NCBI GenBank assembly: GCA_025558095.1
Contig: JAIVFI010000027.1
Coordinates: 124,001 to 188,000, forward strand
Length of the DNA: 64,000 bases
DNA from: Hyaloraphidium curvatum SAG 235-1
Lineage: Eukaryota; Fungi; Monoblepharomycota
Direction: 5' to 3'
Below are positions 18,774 through 29,556 of this stretch, in pieces. The notes under the pieces were generated by a model. The model saw nothing but the letters and a program-made list of their open reading frames with translations, did no database searches and was not told the origin of the DNA. How positions within the stretch are numbered: position 1 is the stretch's first letter; every line of letters starts with the position of its first letter. Made by a program: the position numbers and the translations under genes.

Positions 18774-20896
18774 ATGGCGGCGGCCCGGGTGCTCGCGCTC
18801 GTCCTTGTGCTCGCGCTGTTGTTTGCGCTCTCTGCAGAAGCCGCCGAACGCGGCCGCGGGGGCGGGAGCAGCGGGAGGCCCCCCAAGTCGTCCTACGAAG
18901 AGTACGAGGCCTACGACGGGCCGATTTCGGAGAACGCCGGGGGCAGGGCCGGCACGAAACCGCCCAAATCGTCTTGCGAAGAGTACGACGCCCCGCTTGA
19001 GGAGGGGGGCGGCAGGGGCGGAGGCGTCTCCCACTCGGGCGCCGGCCCAAGCCGGCCGAAGGACGGGCCCGCATGCACGCCGGCGCGAGCACAGCCCGCC
19101 GCGGTGACGCCCGTGCTCGTGCTTCCGGATCGAATCCTGCGCAACCGCGACCGGTCGTTTCCGCCGCTCATCTTCTTCGAGCTCGGCCGCGAGCTCGGCG
19201 GCGGCGCGTTCGGCAGGGTGACGCTGGCCTCGCTCCAGGCCGCCAGGCCGGCCGTGCTCGACGTGATCGAGGGCAACCCGGAACGCTTCTTTGCGCTCAA
19301 GGAGCAGAGCTACGACCACAAGCTGCCGTGCGGCAACGACCCCCGCCCGGGCATGGTCCGCAGATCCTCGCGGACGGAGCCGCAGTTCGTGGGTTGCTTC
19401 CCGGCCGCATGCGGCGCCCATGGTAATCCAACGGCTTCCCGCGGATGGCAGATGGAAAGCGTCAACGGCGGACCGTACATCGTCAAGTACTGGGGATCGT
19501 GGTACAGCCGCAGCTTCGTCGAGAAGAAGCAGCGGGCGTCCTTCACGATAGCCATGTCAAAGGCGGTATCGGACCTCGAAAGCGAACTCTACGGCAAGGG
19601 GCGTTTCTACAAGAAGCCCGGGATCCCCGAGGACAAGGCACGGATCATGATCGGCCAGCTCGCCATCGCCATCGGCTTCATACACTCAAAGAGGATCGTG
19701 GGTCCCAGAAAATGGAGCCCCAATTTGTCCCGCTCAATTCCCTTCCACGGTGCAGATCCACCGTGACTTCAAGCCGGGCAACGTCCTGATCGACGCCAAG
19801 CGCCGGCCCATGGTCGCCGACTTCGGGTGCGCCATCGACGCCTCCCGGGTCCTCCAGGATCTGTCCGAGGCGGGCTCGTGCGACTACCGCATCCGCGCCC
19901 CCGAGGCCGTTGTCTTTCCCGCGATCGTCAGCGCACCCCCACGTGGGTTTCCTGGGCGGCCAGGATCCCAGGGCTGACGTCCCCCCCGTCCCACTCCCTA
20001 CAGACAGCTACGAGATCGACTGGTGGGCCCTCGGCGTCACGGCATTCAACATCCTTACGGGCACGCCTCAGCTCGAAGGGCGCGGGACCAACGGCCCCTT
20101 TGTGGCCAAGATGAATGGCATGGCCCCCTATTCCATCTTTTGGATGGAACACTCAAGGCGCAGACAACGCCCAAACAGGAGGAGTACCTCGACAAGGCCA
20201 AGTTTGCCCAGCTGAGCCCCGACGCCAAGTCGTTCATCCGTGCGCTCCTCGAGTTTGACCCGACGCGCAGACTGGGGACCTACTCGGGCGACGGCAAGAA
20301 AGGTGCGGATGCACCTTCGCCGCCGCTGCGCGAACCGCGCTCATCCGGCTTCCTCCCGACCCGCAGGCTGGGAAGCCGTCATGTGCCACCGTTTCCTCGC
20401 CCCCCTGGACCCGAACCGCCTCATGGCGGCCGGCGCCAAGCAGGCAAAGGAGCTCGGAGATCCGATCGTCTTCGAGACGCTCACGGGAAAGCCGCCGAAC
20501 CCCAAGGCGCCGCTGCAGCCCCAGCTCAAGGTCAAGCCTGTTCCGGAGACGGTCATCAAGGAGGCTCTGAAGAAAGCTTCGGACGAGTCGTACGCGGCGT
20601 ACGAGCACCTGATCGAGGACAGGCAGCCGCCGAAGAAGGGGGCCGAGGATCCGTACCTCGCGTTGGGCCAGGACGATCCGTACTTCGACAAGGAGGAAGG
20701 GGGTAGTGTCAAAAGCGGGTCGAAGTCCGAAGCAAGTAGCAAGAAGGCGGATGCGGACGTCGATTACGACCAGTACGACTTTGAGGCCGACCCGGACGTG
20801 GCTCCCGTGAACCAGGTTCCGGCTAAGAAGGGGAAGAATAGCGGGGGGCGGAAGCTTTCGAGGCGCGGGTTGGGGTGGGCGGCGGTGATGAACTGA
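18774..20896 (+). CDS. AGC-like Ser/Thr kinase with an N-terminal signal peptide, about 5 introns
   Basis: MAAARVLALVLVLALLFALSAEA, then LGGGAFGRV, FALK, HRDFKPGN, DFG, RAPE, IDWWALG and DPTRRLG. Introns start at about 19389, 19698, 19943, 20102 and 20302. Confidence 0.85.
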
Positions 20897-21177
20897 CCCG
20901 CGGGTTTCGGGCGGGTTTCGAAGAGTCGCCTGCAGGGTCGAGCGCGCTGCGCTGTGACACCAGCACAAACCGCATCATGTTCTTTTGCTTGTTTGAAATC
21001 AACGTTTTTGCACGCCCGCGACGTCGCAGGAACAGACCATCCCACTGCTACAGCAGGATATTGAATTACTTCGAGGTCTTGGATCTGTGCCCCTGGTGAT
21101 TGGCCGGCTGACGCAAGGGCGGCATCCGCGCGGGTCAGCTTTTGGACCCATGAAACTCCCACTTTCCGTCCCCCAAG

Positions 21178-21633
21178 ATGCGGAACCCCCAGTACACGAT
21201 GTCCGCGCTTGCCGTGCTCGCCACGCTGGTGCTGCTCCTCTGCCTGGTCATGTCTGATTGGGTTCCGTGGGCAGCGGACGCGGTACCCACCAGTGAGGTA
21301 TTCCACGACGCGAGCCGCGTTTTGAGGGATGCCATGGCCAGGGAATGGCTTCAGAAGTGGCGTAGGTCACCGGTTGCGGCCAGGACCATCGCGACATGGG
21401 AGGAGAAGATCCAGAAAACCATCAGGACCCTCGCAACCGTGTTCGCATCCCAGGGGAAGCTCAGCGCTTGCGTGATCGTGGGTTTGCCGGGTATCCGGCG
21501 CCGTGCTTTCATTGATTGCGTCCGCGTCCCGTGGCAGGCCGAAGTTCTGAGGAGCAGAGCCCACCAACAACGGCGGCACCGTCAACTTTGGATCGCAACC
21601 AACATGAACGGCGTTCGTCGACCATGGAGGTAG
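21178..21633 (+). CDS. Possible small membrane/secreted protein or remnant
   Basis: Hydrophobic stretch SALAVLATLVLLLCLVM followed by a helical region with moderate coding bias. No family recognised. Confidence 0.3.
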   Translation: MRNPQYTMSALAVLATLVLLLCLVMSDWVPWAADAVPTSEVFHDASRVLRDAMAREWLQKWRRSPVAARTIATWEEKIQKTIRTLATVFASQGKLSACVIVGLPGIRRRAFIDCVRVPWQAEVLRSRAHQQRRHRQLWIATNMNGVRRPWR

Positions 21634-21798
21634 ATCGTCATGTTGACAAACCAGCTACCGTGGATGCGGAGCAGGTGTTCGTTATCGGATCGTTAAACTG
21701 CTTCTTGGCAATCGGCTTCTGGGCAATCGAGCTATATTGAACCCGTCAAAGCGCAGTCCACTGCTGGGTATCTCGTCGAACTCCTCCCTCACGCCCGC

Positions 21799-22437
21799 TC
21801 AAGCCTTGGCGCACTTGGGCTTGTGCGCCTTCCAGTCGCGCTTCTGGCAGTCCGCCCCGCAGTATCCTGTTCGACCGGCCGTGAGCACTTTGCCGACGTC
21901 GCACTTCCAGGGACGCCCACCGATCTTCTTGCAGCCCGAGCACTTGGAGATCCTGACGCTCCCCCCTTCCTTCTTCCCGCACAGCGCGCACTTTTCCCCG
22001 CCCGCCGCCGTCTTTGCCCCCCCGGCGTCCTTGACGACCTTGACTGCAACCGCCTCCTCGACGAGCTCGTACAGGTCCAGCGTCTCGTCCCCCAGCCTGT
22101 GCCCCCCGGCGCCCTCCACCTTCTTCACGGCGCCCTGCGACTCCAACTGCGCGACAAAGTCCTGGACCTCGGGGTTGGCGTAGAAGTGCCTCGGCGTCGG
22201 GGGCAGCGGGACCGCCGAGCCGTGCCACTGCCGCGGGTTGGCCGCGATCCGCGCAAACTCGCCGCTCTCGCCGGCATCGGGTCCGTAGAGGAGCGAGACG
22301 GAGGGGACCAGCGGGGAGGAGGGCTCGAGGGAGGGCGATTCGGAGCGCGGGAAGGAGGAGAGCTCGATGGTCACGGGCACGGGAGGGAAGCGGCCGGCGG
22401 TGCCCTGCTGGATCTGGAAAACGCGGGGGTGCGGCAT
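21799..22437 (-). CDS. MYND zinc-finger protein, 1 in-frame intron
   Basis: CALCG..KCSGCKK(intron)GYCGADCQKRDWKAHKPKC. Confidence 0.85.
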   Translation of the reverse strand: MPHPRVFQIQQGTAGRFPPVPVTIELSSFPRSESPSLEPSSPLVPSVSLLYGPDAGESGEFARIAANPRQWHGSAVPLPPTPRHFYANPEVQDFVAQLESQGAVKKVEGAGGHRLGDETLDLYELVEEAVAVKVVKDAGGAKTAAGGEKCALCGKKEGGSVRISKCSGCKKIGGRPWKCDVGKVLTAGRTGYCGADCQKRDWKAHKPKCAKA

Positions 22438-23156
22438 CGTCGTCAGCGGCGGGGAGAAGGAGGGCGCTTCCGGGGGAGAATGGAACGCTGTCGTCCGTGG
22501 GGAAAAATGGGAGTTGGGCGGCTCTGCCTCTCAAAAGGCGCCCGGGGGTCGGGGGCGCGTCGGGCGTGAAGGGCCAGGTCGATCTCGACCTCCCGGCTCC
22601 GTTAGGCGAGGAAGTTGCTGCTATGTCCTAGCTCGTAGCTAGTAAAGTAACGGATGCCGCCTCTTCGCACCAAGATGCCGCCGGTAAGGCTGTTACAAAG
22701 GCAGCCCCGACCCGAGGCGCCACACTCGATCAGTACCTCAACTGCCACCAGCTCCCCCAGGCGTCCGTAGGAACCGATGAGAACCTTATTCGCCGCAGCT
22801 AAGATCTGCAGCTGGCATTGTCTTCAGGAGAACGAGCACGATGTGCAGTTGATGTTAGCGACCAGGGGACCGAACGAATCATCGGACGAACGCAAGACAT
22901 TGAGCAGAGTTCTGGATTCCAATCGTGCGTTACAAGAGCACGTCACGCCGGCCCCTGCCGTGGGAGCCAGCCGACCATTACCCGGTCTAGTAGATGTCGT
23001 AGTCTAAGGCATGTCCTTTTTCGCACCCGGCCCGCCGGGCGACGCCGTCCGCTAGCCATGCGCGGTCGGCCCCCCGCGGGGGATGCGGATGTGCCCCACG
23101 GGCCCGCTCCCGGGCCCGATGCGGCGCGAGACGGTGCGAAGGCCCCGTGCGGAGGC

Positions 23157-24705
23157 TCAGTCGTACCGCTCGAAGACGACGCCGCGCTTGACGACGCGGC
23201 GGATGTCGGGGTACGCGAAGCGGCTGCGGGTCGGAGCAAGCAGGTCAGACAATGAAGTGGAGGTGCAGAAGGCGGGGTACCCACTCGGCGTAGTACATCG
23301 CCATGTCCGCGTAGCCCTGGTTGTTGCCGTTGGGCCCGATCAGGGTCGGGTACCACGCGCGGGTGCCGTCGACCGAGGCCGTGACGACGCGGTCGCCGGA
23401 CCAGTCGATGAAGTTGTCCGAGGCCGCGACGTGGATGCGGTTGTCCCAGCCGCCGTAGACGGCGACCCACTTGGAGAGCACGTGGTTCCAGCTGAGCACG
23501 GCGTTGGCGCCGTCGTAGTCGATGCCGCGCACGGGGACGTAGTCGCCGTACAGGCCGGGCGAGTTGAAGCCGGCGCCGTCCCACTTGAACCAGGTGCCGG
23601 GCGCGCCGTTGGGGTCGTACGAGACGGCGATGCCGAACTTGTGCTCGGGGTTGGCGACGAACATGATGACCCAGCGGTTCTGCGCCGCATCCCAGATGGC
23701 GCTGGAGGGGAAAACAGGCATGTCAGGAAGGGCTCGGGTGTCAGGCAAGGGGGCGTGCTCACCCGTGGTTGCCGAGGCCGCCGAAGATGGCACGGTTCAC
23801 GCCGTCGTAGTCCGAGGGGCGGCCGGGGGAGGTGAGGATCTGGCCCATGTCGTTGGACCAGCTCATGCCGTTGTCGTACGAGTGGACCACGCCGATCGAC
23901 TTCCACGCGGGGCCGCCGGCACCTGCAAGAAAAGCCGGATCAGACGAAGGGCAAGGCGGCGGATCGACGGGAATGCTCACCCTGGTAGGGCCAGTAGCCG
24001 TCCTCGGCGTGGTAGAAAGAGATAAGGTGTCGCGGGTTGCCGTCCGTGGGGTGCTGGAAGACCGTCGAGAGCCACTTGCCGCCGTTGGCCCATCCGGGCT
24101 GGCCAGTGCGTCCACCTGCACGGGCCGGGTCAGCGCGACGAAGGGGACCGGCCAGTGCGCAGGAACCAACCGAAGTAGATGACCGGGTACGGGATCCACG
24201 GCACGACGGCGGTCTGCTGCTCCGCGTACGGGCCGTAGCCGGTGGTGCGGTAGTTCTCGCAGTTTGCCCAGATCATCTGCCACCCGCCGTCGGCGTTGGG
24301 CAGGGCGGTGAGCTGCCCGTCGGGGAAGACGTGGTAGGCGGGGTTGCCGGCGGTGTTCTGCGAGGGGGAGACGGGGATCAGAGGGCTGCGGGCGACGATC
24401 GCGACGGCGCCGCCTCCCGGCGCGCATCGCGGCCGGAGTGCGGCGCTGGCGGGCCGGGGGGCTCAACTCACCCCAATCTCCTCGTAGGTGGTCAGGCGCA
24501 TGCCCCAGTTGTTGCTCGGCCCGCGCTTGTGCAGCTTGATCCCCGGCGCCGGCGCGAGGTGCGTGAAGTAGTCCGACTCGTTCGCCGCCGGCGCCGCGGG
24601 CGCGACGGGCGCGGCATCGGACGCGGTGCCGAGCGCGAGGAAGGCCAGCGAGGCCAGGGCCGAGGCGGCGAGGCCGCGGCGGGAGAGGCGGGCGGCGGAG
24701 ACCAT
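23157..24705 (-). CDS. Secreted Asp-box/beta-propeller glycoside-hydrolase-like protein, multi-exon
   Basis: Signal MVSAARLSRRGLAASALASLAFLALGTA, KR propeptide site, FPDG, Asp-box SYDNGMSW, AASDNFIDWS and AWYPTLIG. The last exon RFAYPDIRRVVKRGVVFERYD* ends at 23157. Confidence 0.72.
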
Positions 24706-25825
24706 CTTCGCTCGGTGCAAACGCTCGTTCGCGGCGGAAGAGGGGATGCACTTGGGGTTGCGGGAGGGTCTCGCGGCGGAGGAGTTGCCGGGTTCGTCGA
24801 CCTCTTGCCGGGTTTTTGAACAGCGCCGTGCGTGTGCGCAAGTTCGCGATCGGGCGAGCGGCGTGACGAAGCCGACCGCCGATTTTGCAATGGGGGCCCA
24901 GGCCTTCGGTGGAACTGCCACCGATCAAATGCCGCCGACCCCGGCGCACCGCGCCCAACTCGCAAGAAAACCCCTCGATAACCGCGGCGCCGCCCTGAAT
25001 CGATCTTCCGACCTCGGCGGCGGGCAGCCCCGTGCACCCGCCGCCCCGTGTGCGGTGTCCCCGCGACCTCCGATTCCCCCGAGGTTGGCGCCACGCCGCA
25101 CCAGCCCGATCTTGCGAGGATCCCCCAAGCTCGGGCTCCCGAAAACAAAACCCGGGGAATCTCACGTGAATCAAGCGGCGCCGCGATCGGTCGGAGGTTC
25201 GGCAAATCTCCGCCGCGCCCGCCTCGAATTCATGCGGCCGCCCCGGGGATTTACCCCCCGGACGCCGATTTCCCGACGGGGCATGAGCTTCCCAATCGGT
25301 CGCCGTGCCGTTGCGCGCTCCCTGTCCCGCCGTGGCGCGGGGGCGGTGCAGGGGTCCGGCGCCGGCAGGCATTGCGGTCCGCTTGTCGGCAGGCAGGAGG
25401 AGCCCGCACGCACGCCGGGAGGGCGAGCGGGGCGCGGTGACGCCGCCGTCGGGGCATCCCGGCCTGGTCCGGCGGCCACCGTGACCAGTCACAACCAACG
25501 GCGGCGACACGGGCCTGCCCGACGAGCATCCAGCAAAGATGAATTGAATGAGCCTCCCCGGGGGCGCGGCGGGCCGGCGCGCCGCTGCCGGGGCACCGGT
25601 GGTGGTGTCGTCGAACTTCCAGTTGCCGGCCCGCGGGCGAGACTTCCGAGAAGCAACGACGGTGGGACGGCCTCCTGCAGCACCAGACCCATTGCATTCC
25701 CCCCTAGCACCTGCCGGACGTGCCGGATCAGCGCCAGCCCACTCTCGCCCCGCCCACCCCGCCTCCAACCCCACCCACCTCCTCCTGAACCTTCCGCCTC
25801 CGGTCCTCGCCCCGTTCCCCGCCCC

Positions 25826-27283
25826 TCACACCCCCAACCCCGCCCCCAAACGCGCCAACACGACCCCCACCGCCACCCCGAACCTCTCCACCCTCAGCTC
25901 CGCCCGTCTCCCTTTGCCCCCGCTCCAAACACTGTAGAGCTCCCCGCAGGCGTCCATCCGCGCCTGCACCTCCTCCGCCGTGAAGTTGCGGAGGTACGAG
26001 ACGAGCCACGGGAGCGACGATTCCGGTAAATGGAGGGCGCAGCGGTTCCAGAGGGTGCCGGAGGCCTCGAGCAGCGGCGGCACGAAGCCGTCGGCGAGGA
26101 TCACGGGGACGGTGCCGGCGCGGAGGAGGTCCGACAGCCTGCGATCGCACCCAGCGGGATCAGCACCGACCGCAGCTCGGCGGAAAGGGAACCACCTGTA
26201 GGAATGCACCCCGCAGCCCCGCGGCACCAGGCCGAACCTCGCACCCGCCAGAAGCTCGTCGTACCCGGGCCCTGCGGCGCTCTGGACCGCATCGAGCGGG
26301 CAGAGATGGTCGATCCGCTCCCCTTTGTTGCACTCCATCCTCACCACCACATCCTTGCCGTCGTCGAGCCACCGCAACGCCGAGCGGAGGGGCTCCCCGC
26401 AACCCCCGTACCTCGTCCCCTTGAACGACAGCAGCCACCTCCGCTCCCTGGCACTTCTCGGCACGTACGCCGCCCAATCCCAACCCGCCGCCGCGCGCGA
26501 CTCGAGCGGCAGCGCGACGTCGAACCCGTGCCTCCACCCGCCCGCGCGGGCGTTCGTGGCGAGCACGATCGCGCGGTCGGTGGTGTCGAGGCCCACGAGG
26601 CGGGACCACTCCAGGTGGTGGAAGTCGTTCTCGGTCCAGAGGAGGTGGTTGCGGCCGCCGTTCCAGTGCGGCAGGGTGCGGAGGAGGGCGTCCCCGTTCC
26701 CCGGAGCCGCGCCGGCGTGGCATGCGTTGCCCAAACACTGCAGCGGCAGGTCCGGGAAGAACAAGCACGCTTCCTCCGGATCGTCCGTGGCCCAAGGCTG
26801 CCGCCTCATCCACGCGACGACCTCGCGGGCCATCCAGTGCTGCGCCTCGGGCGGCGTGGCGTTGTACACGAACACCCTCCGCGGCCGGCGGAGGCAGCGG
26901 GTCCAGTCGAAGCACGAGTCCATAGTGCAGGTTTGCGCGAGGTGCCAGGGGAGGGGCTCGGAGGCGGGGTGGAGGGCGGCGGCGGAGTGCCCCGGGATGG
27001 GGGCCGAGAAGGGCGGGCCGAGCGATGGCTGGGGGAAGGGGAGGGGCGGAAGGAAGGTGTGGTGGTCCGAGGGGCAGGTGCGCGTGGGCGGGGGCGGGCA
27101 GGAGCCCCCTGCGGGCCCGCCGGACGCGCCGTGCGGGGTGTGGCTTCTCGGCGGTTCCGCGTCGTCCGCCGCCGGCCCGGGGTACGAAAAGGCGGCGACG
27201 AGCAGCAAAAGGGCTGCGAGCGAACAGGCCGCGATGAAGAGGGGCTGCGAGTGCCGCGCCTCGTGGCGCAGGGAGAAGGGCAT
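25826..27283 (-). CDS. Exostosin-family (GT47) glycosyltransferase, EXT1/2 N-terminal-like
   Basis: TM anchor, CTMDSCFDWTRC, VFVY, TDDPEEACLF, LPHWNGGRNHL, RHGFDVALP, LLSFKG, ARFGLVPRG..SYR and AGTVPVILADGFVPP. Confidence 0.88.
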   Translation of the reverse strand: MPFSLRHEARHSQPLFIAACSLAALLLLVAAFSYPGPAADDAEPPRSHTPHGASGGPAGGSCPPPPTRTCPSDHHTFLPPLPFPQPSLGPPFSAPIPGHSAAALHPASEPLPWHLAQTCTMDSCFDWTRCLRRPRRVFVYNATPPEAQHWMAREVVAWMRRQPWATDDPEEACLFFPDLPLQCLGNACHAGAAPGNGDALLRTLPHWNGGRNHLLWTENDFHHLEWSRLVGLDTTDRAIVLATNARAGGWRHGFDVALPLESRAAAGWDWAAYVPRSARERRWLLSFKGTRYGGCGEPLRSALRWLDDGKDVVVRMECNKGERIDHLCPLDAVQSAAGPGYDELLAGARFGLVPRGCGVHSYRWFPFRRAAVGADPAGCDRRLSDLLRAGTVPVILADGFVPPLLEASGTLWNRCALHLPESSLPWLVSYLRNFTAEEVQARMDACGELYSVWSGGKGRRAELRVERFGVAVGVVLARLGAGLGV

Positions 27284-27501
27284 CGCGGGCGGGAGGGGGT
27301 TGTTTGTTTGCTGAGGAGGCGCGAGCAGGGTGACTCGGCGCGCTCCCCGAATCCAACAACACCTCGAGCAGAAGCTTTCTGTCAAGTTGCCTCATCTACA
27401 GTTGCTTGTCATTACCAGTCATTTCCACTACGAGCTCTACTTGCTTTCCAGGCACCTTCAAGGCCTCAGCTCTTATAGACGTCGCCCGCGCCCCAGCGGG
27501 A

Positions 27502-28539
27502 TCACCTCCTGTGCGCGGCCGCGTAGTGCGCCCCCATCCCCTCCGCCGTCGCGAACCTGGCCCCGCACCCCGCAAACGGGCACGCGTGCCCTCCGTCTCC
27601 CCCCCGGGGTTGCTGCTGGTGCGCGGCGCGGTGCCGCTCGAACTCGTCCGCGGGCACCCTCGCCAGGCACGCCGGGCACGTGCGCGCACCCGGAAACGTG
27701 AAGCTCGACGACGCCGCCGCGCTCGGGGAGGAGCCGGGGGCGGTGCGGCCCGAGGGCTGGGCCCACCATGCCGATCCGGGGAACCCCGAGGGGTCGGGCG
27801 GCTGGATGGCGGGGAAGAAGGAGAAGGCGGGGGATGTCGGCTGCGGGGAGGTTTGGAGCTGCGTGCCGGGGAAGGAGGCGGAGAGGAGGGCGGCGGGGGA
27901 GGTGCGGAGCGTCGCGGGGGGCGCGGGGGGGTCGGAGGCGGCCGGGGCTGACGGGGAGGCGAGCGGGCGTGTGGATGCGGGCGGGTACGGGGCCGGCCGC
28001 ATGCGCAAGGCCGCGGCGCTGATTTGGTACAGCGCCGCGCGGTCCAGCGAGTTGACCCTCGGCGCCGGCGGCCCGTGCCCCGCGGCGCTTCGAGTCCGGG
28101 AGCGCGAGGCGGCGATCGAGGGCACGTCGACCAAGGATGCGGTGTCGAGGGCCAGGCCAACACCCAGGTCGGGGGGCAGCGAGAGCCCGGCGAGGCGCGG
28201 GAAGGCGTCCGGCGCGGCAGGCGTCACCTTCGGGGTGTTTGTGGCGGGAAGCACCGTGGGAGTGGGACCGGCAGGCGGCTCGGCCGTCAGCGAGAAGGAG
28301 CGGGCCCGCGGCGGTGGCGGCGGGGAAGGGAAAGGCTGCCGAACAGCGGCCGTCTGTGCCCCGCCACGGGGCAGGAAGAAGTTGACGTCCAGCTCCAGCG
28401 AGCCGTCCGCCGCCACGACCACTGGCACCCCCGGCGCGGGCTGCTGCTGCCAGCGCCCTGCCCGCTTCGGCCCGCCCTCCGCCGCCCCCGCGGCGCCGCC
28501 GGCCGCCTCGTCGTCCTCATCGCTGGCGTTGCCCGCCAT
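27502..28539 (-). CDS. Pro-rich protein with two C-terminal C2H2 zinc fingers
   Basis: CPACLARVPADEFERHRAAH and CPFAGCGARFATAEGMGAHYAAAH. Confidence 0.7.
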   Translation of the reverse strand: MAGNASDEDDEAAGGAAGAAEGGPKRAGRWQQQPAPGVPVVVAADGSLELDVNFFLPRGGAQTAAVRQPFPSPPPPPRARSFSLTAEPPAGPTPTVLPATNTPKVTPAAPDAFPRLAGLSLPPDLGVGLALDTASLVDVPSIAASRSRTRSAAGHGPPAPRVNSLDRAALYQISAAALRMRPAPYPPASTRPLASPSAPAASDPPAPPATLRTSPAALLSASFPGTQLQTSPQPTSPAFSFFPAIQPPDPSGFPGSAWWAQPSGRTAPGSSPSAAASSSFTFPGARTCPACLARVPADEFERHRAAHQQQPRGGDGGHACPFAGCGARFATAEGMGAHYAAAHRR

Positions 28540-29556
28540 GCGTCAACGCCGGGGGCGGTGCGGTGCCTGTTATCGGCTATCGGGCACTAGTTGCTGTCGC
28601 GCCATGTCCCCGCTGTTTGCCGGCAGGAGCGGCGCACGGCAAGCGGACTGTCGATCTCCGATGCGGCGGAACCCCGGTGCGTCCCGCCGATCGGGGTTGC
28701 CGGACCCGAAGCCCGGGCGATCCCGGGACGAATCCCGCTGGGCCCAACCTTGTCCAAAACAAGCTCGTCGGGGCGGCCCGCTCGGCCAGGGCTTCCCGCG
28801 CAACACGCGCACGGGCACCCGGCAGCACTCGCCCGCTTCCCCGCCCTCCGAATCGGTCTCCTTTTTGGGCCGCTGGGCGGCGGCGGCCGTGCACCGATGG
28901 ACCTGCGGCGAGGCGCACGGCGGCAAAGCGGGACGATCGCTCCGATCATCGGGACCCGAACAACCGAAACCCTCCGCATCTTGGCACACCCATCCGAGCA
29001 GCCCCCCCGCGCATCACACCCATCTGCCCCCCCGCCGATCGCGTGGAACGAAAGCCCGGCGTGCGGCCGGCGGGGACCGTCCCCCGGCCGGCCGGCTGGG
29101 ATCCGCGGTTGCTCATTGCTCATCCTTCCGCCCCGCCCCGGTGGCGGGCCGGCGGCCCTCCTTCCGCGCATCGGCAACGCACGCAATTCCCCTTCACCCT
29201 CCTGAGTTGGTTCTGCGGGGGTCCGGGCAACCCGCGTGCGGCCCGCGGGGGAAACGGGCCGCGGGGAGCGCGGGGTGGGATAGCCGCCCGTGCCGCCGGC
29301 GGCACCGCCCGCGGCCGCTTTGCCGCAGGCCGACCGAATACCGGGCCCGCGGGCGTGCCGGGGCGGGTGCGGACCCGGAGCGCCGGTGGCGGGAGGAGGA
29401 GCGGGGAGCCACACGGCCGGTCCCGCGCGAGGGACTCGGTGTCCCCGGGCGATAAGCCATTGGCGGCCGCTTCGCCACTTTGCCGCCGCCGTCTCCGATA
29501 GGTCGCGCTGACACAACTCACTGCAATTCCCCCAATCCAACCGGTCCCCACAAGGA

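Noticed and set aside
22640-23000. Lower-GC intergenic stretch with short protein-like frames
   Set aside because: The frames are interrupted by stops and have no recognisable motif or terminal repeats.
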